Source: Geopsychrobacteraceae bacterium
GTDB lineage: Bacteria > Desulfobacterota > Desulfuromonadia > Desulfuromonadales > Geopsychrobacteraceae
Length of the DNA: 64,000 nt
NCBI GenBank assembly: GCA_963676795.2
Contig: CAXXTB010000002.1
Span: 1,728,001-1,792,000 of the forward strand
Direction: 5' to 3'
Shown here: one piece after another, positions 62,735-64,000 of the stretch
Numbering within the stretch: the stretch's first letter is position 1
Layout: each line of letters opens with the position of its first letter
The notes under the pieces: model-generated
Seen by the model: only the letters and a program-made list of their open reading frames with translations
Told to the model about the DNA's origin: nothing
Databases searched by the model: none
Program-made: the position numbers and the translations under genes

Positions 62735-63967
62735 TCATAAAAACAGCTCTTCCTGCTCCCCCTTGATCCCCAGCCTGAGCATGGCGGATGCCAGAAAAAA
62801 GAAGGGTATTAACTGATCATTAGCTATCAATCCTTCAAGTAAAGCCTTATCCTTATCACTCAGCGGGAGAGGATGTTTCAAGCGAGCGAGGTCGTCGGCT
62901 GTCATCTTCCAGGGGGCCCAATCTATTCCGCAAGCCTGCCAGAGCTGACCGACCGTCAGCGCAATCCGGATTCCGGCCGGATCGGGATCGCAGGCAATTT
63001 GCGCCGGAGCGGGACAGAGTGTCAGCAAGTGAGCAACTGCGGTTTGCCACCAGGACGGCGGCTGTCCCGGCACCCAGAGAACCGCATCCCCCTCACCTGA
63101 CTGGCGGGCGAGCTTTTCAAAGCAGGTCTGATTCTCCACCACCTGCCAGCGCTGCACTCTGCCCTTTATTGCAGCTACGGAGGCAATCGTCTCCGGGGTC
63201 AGGGCGATAAAATCGGGGACAACCTTCAGATTCAGCTCGCCATCCGGCAGCTGTAGGCGTATCGGGGCACGCAGATAAAGGGTGGCGGTATGGCGGCCGA
63301 TGTTCCATTCTTCAAGATCGAGCCCGTCACTCAGCCACTGCCATTCGCTGCTGCTGAGCGCCTTGGTGTTGCCACGGGCAAACTGGGAAAAATCGCGGCG
63401 GGTTCCGAACAGTTGCTGTCCCTGCCACTGCTCCAGCGCCTGCAGAAGCTGGTGACGCTGAATCGCCCGTTCGGCAGGCATAGTTCCCAGATCCTGACTT
63501 AAGCGGGCAAGTTGCGGGTCGGAATATTCTGCTGAGCTGCTGAGCTGCTGATGTTTAATAGCGAGTTTGTCTCGATTCTTCAGACCAAGTCGTTCGCGCA
63601 GCTCCTCAAGGGCGAAAAATTCGATCTGGGTGAGCTCCCACACCCCGCGCCTGCGCTGCTCTTCAACCTCGATCCAGCCTGTGGCCAGCAGGTCCTGAAC
63701 CAGCGCATTGGCTGTAGTGAACCGATCCGAACCGGCCAGCTTCAACAATGCGGTCCAGCGCCGCACGGCGTTCTTTCCCTTGAGCCAGTCGCGCAGCAGC
63801 TGTTTCTGCGCGGGCAGCCATAGCTCGATATCCGCCTCACGCCTGTTCAGCGCCCTGCGCCTGCGCTTGCCACGCGCCGTAGTGACCGCGCCAACATCCA
63901 AATGCCGACAAACGATCCCCAGCACGTCCGGAGCAGACCAAAGCTGCTGACTATCCTCAGCGGCCAT
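62735..63967 (-). CDS. TOPRIM-domain protein of the Topo VI-A/JetD/DUF2399 type (Wadjet-like nuclease)
   Basis: VVEN, CDPDPAGI.IA (DxD), terminal EQE; start overlaps the end of an upstream ORF (...GRDDGR*, TGA at 63957-63959). Confidence 0.65.
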   Translation of the reverse strand: MAAEDSQQLWSAPDVLGIVCRHLDVGAVTTARGKRRRRALNRREADIELWLPAQKQLLRDWLKGKNAVRRWTALLKLAGSDRFTTANALVQDLLATGWIEVEEQRRRGVWELTQIEFFALEELRERLGLKNRDKLAIKHQQLSSSAEYSDPQLARLSQDLGTMPAERAIQRHQLLQALEQWQGQQLFGTRRDFSQFARGNTKALSSSEWQWLSDGLDLEEWNIGRHTATLYLRAPIRLQLPDGELNLKVVPDFIALTPETIASVAAIKGRVQRWQVVENQTCFEKLARQSGEGDAVLWVPGQPPSWWQTAVAHLLTLCPAPAQIACDPDPAGIRIALTVGQLWQACGIDWAPWKMTADDLARLKHPLPLSDKDKALLEGLIANDQLIPFFFLASAMLRLGIKGEQEELFL

Positions 63968-64000
63968 CGTCCCGCCCGCGCCTGATAAATGCGATCGGCG

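Noticed and set aside
1..64000. CRISPR array, rRNA, transposase or integrase
   Set aside because: No regularly spaced repeats, rRNA-like sequence or recombinase motifs were seen by eye

Overview
This is a 64 kb chromosomal window with no CRISPR array, rRNA, transposase or integrase. Gene content suggests an anaerobic deltaproteobacterium, probably Desulfuromonadales (inference). Left to right: (1) A separately promoted operon of a MtaA/UroD-fold methyltransferase fused to a thioredoxin domain, a CobW GTPase, an aquaglyceroporin, a CMD/AhpD protein and a NitT/TauT ABC transporter. It sits next to a cobalamin-riboswitch-controlled ThiC paralogue (BzaF). (2) An MCP, then tRNA-Pro(GGG) with a 45-bp duplicated 3' half only about 180 bp away (empty att scar). 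(3) A housekeeping block: paaK x2, ACT, iorAB, ppx, Na/Pi transporter, IHF, two XRE-cupins, a hybrid kinase, secG and tRNA-Leu(GAG). (4) An accessory stretch with an uncharacterised FIST-like gene pair and a TRAP-TAXI + ligI-galB-ligK-galD + TetR operon lacking any ring-cleavage dioxygenase. (5) pdxH, a PPi-type PFK, a frameshifted Tat flavoprotein with a tetraheme cytochrome, hrpB, a PAS-PP2C phosphatase, a SorAB-like sulfite dehydrogenase, porGDAB-lysR and an orphan GspE/PilB. (6) Several small ORFs missed by the ORF track. (7) An acsA-pdhABC-ACP operon without E3. (8) An amino acid dehydrogenase + second POR-type enzyme + acyl-CoA ligase operon. (9) A TOPRIM (JetD/DUF2399-like) gene at the right edge. 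All family calls come from motif recognition by eye; no database searches were run.
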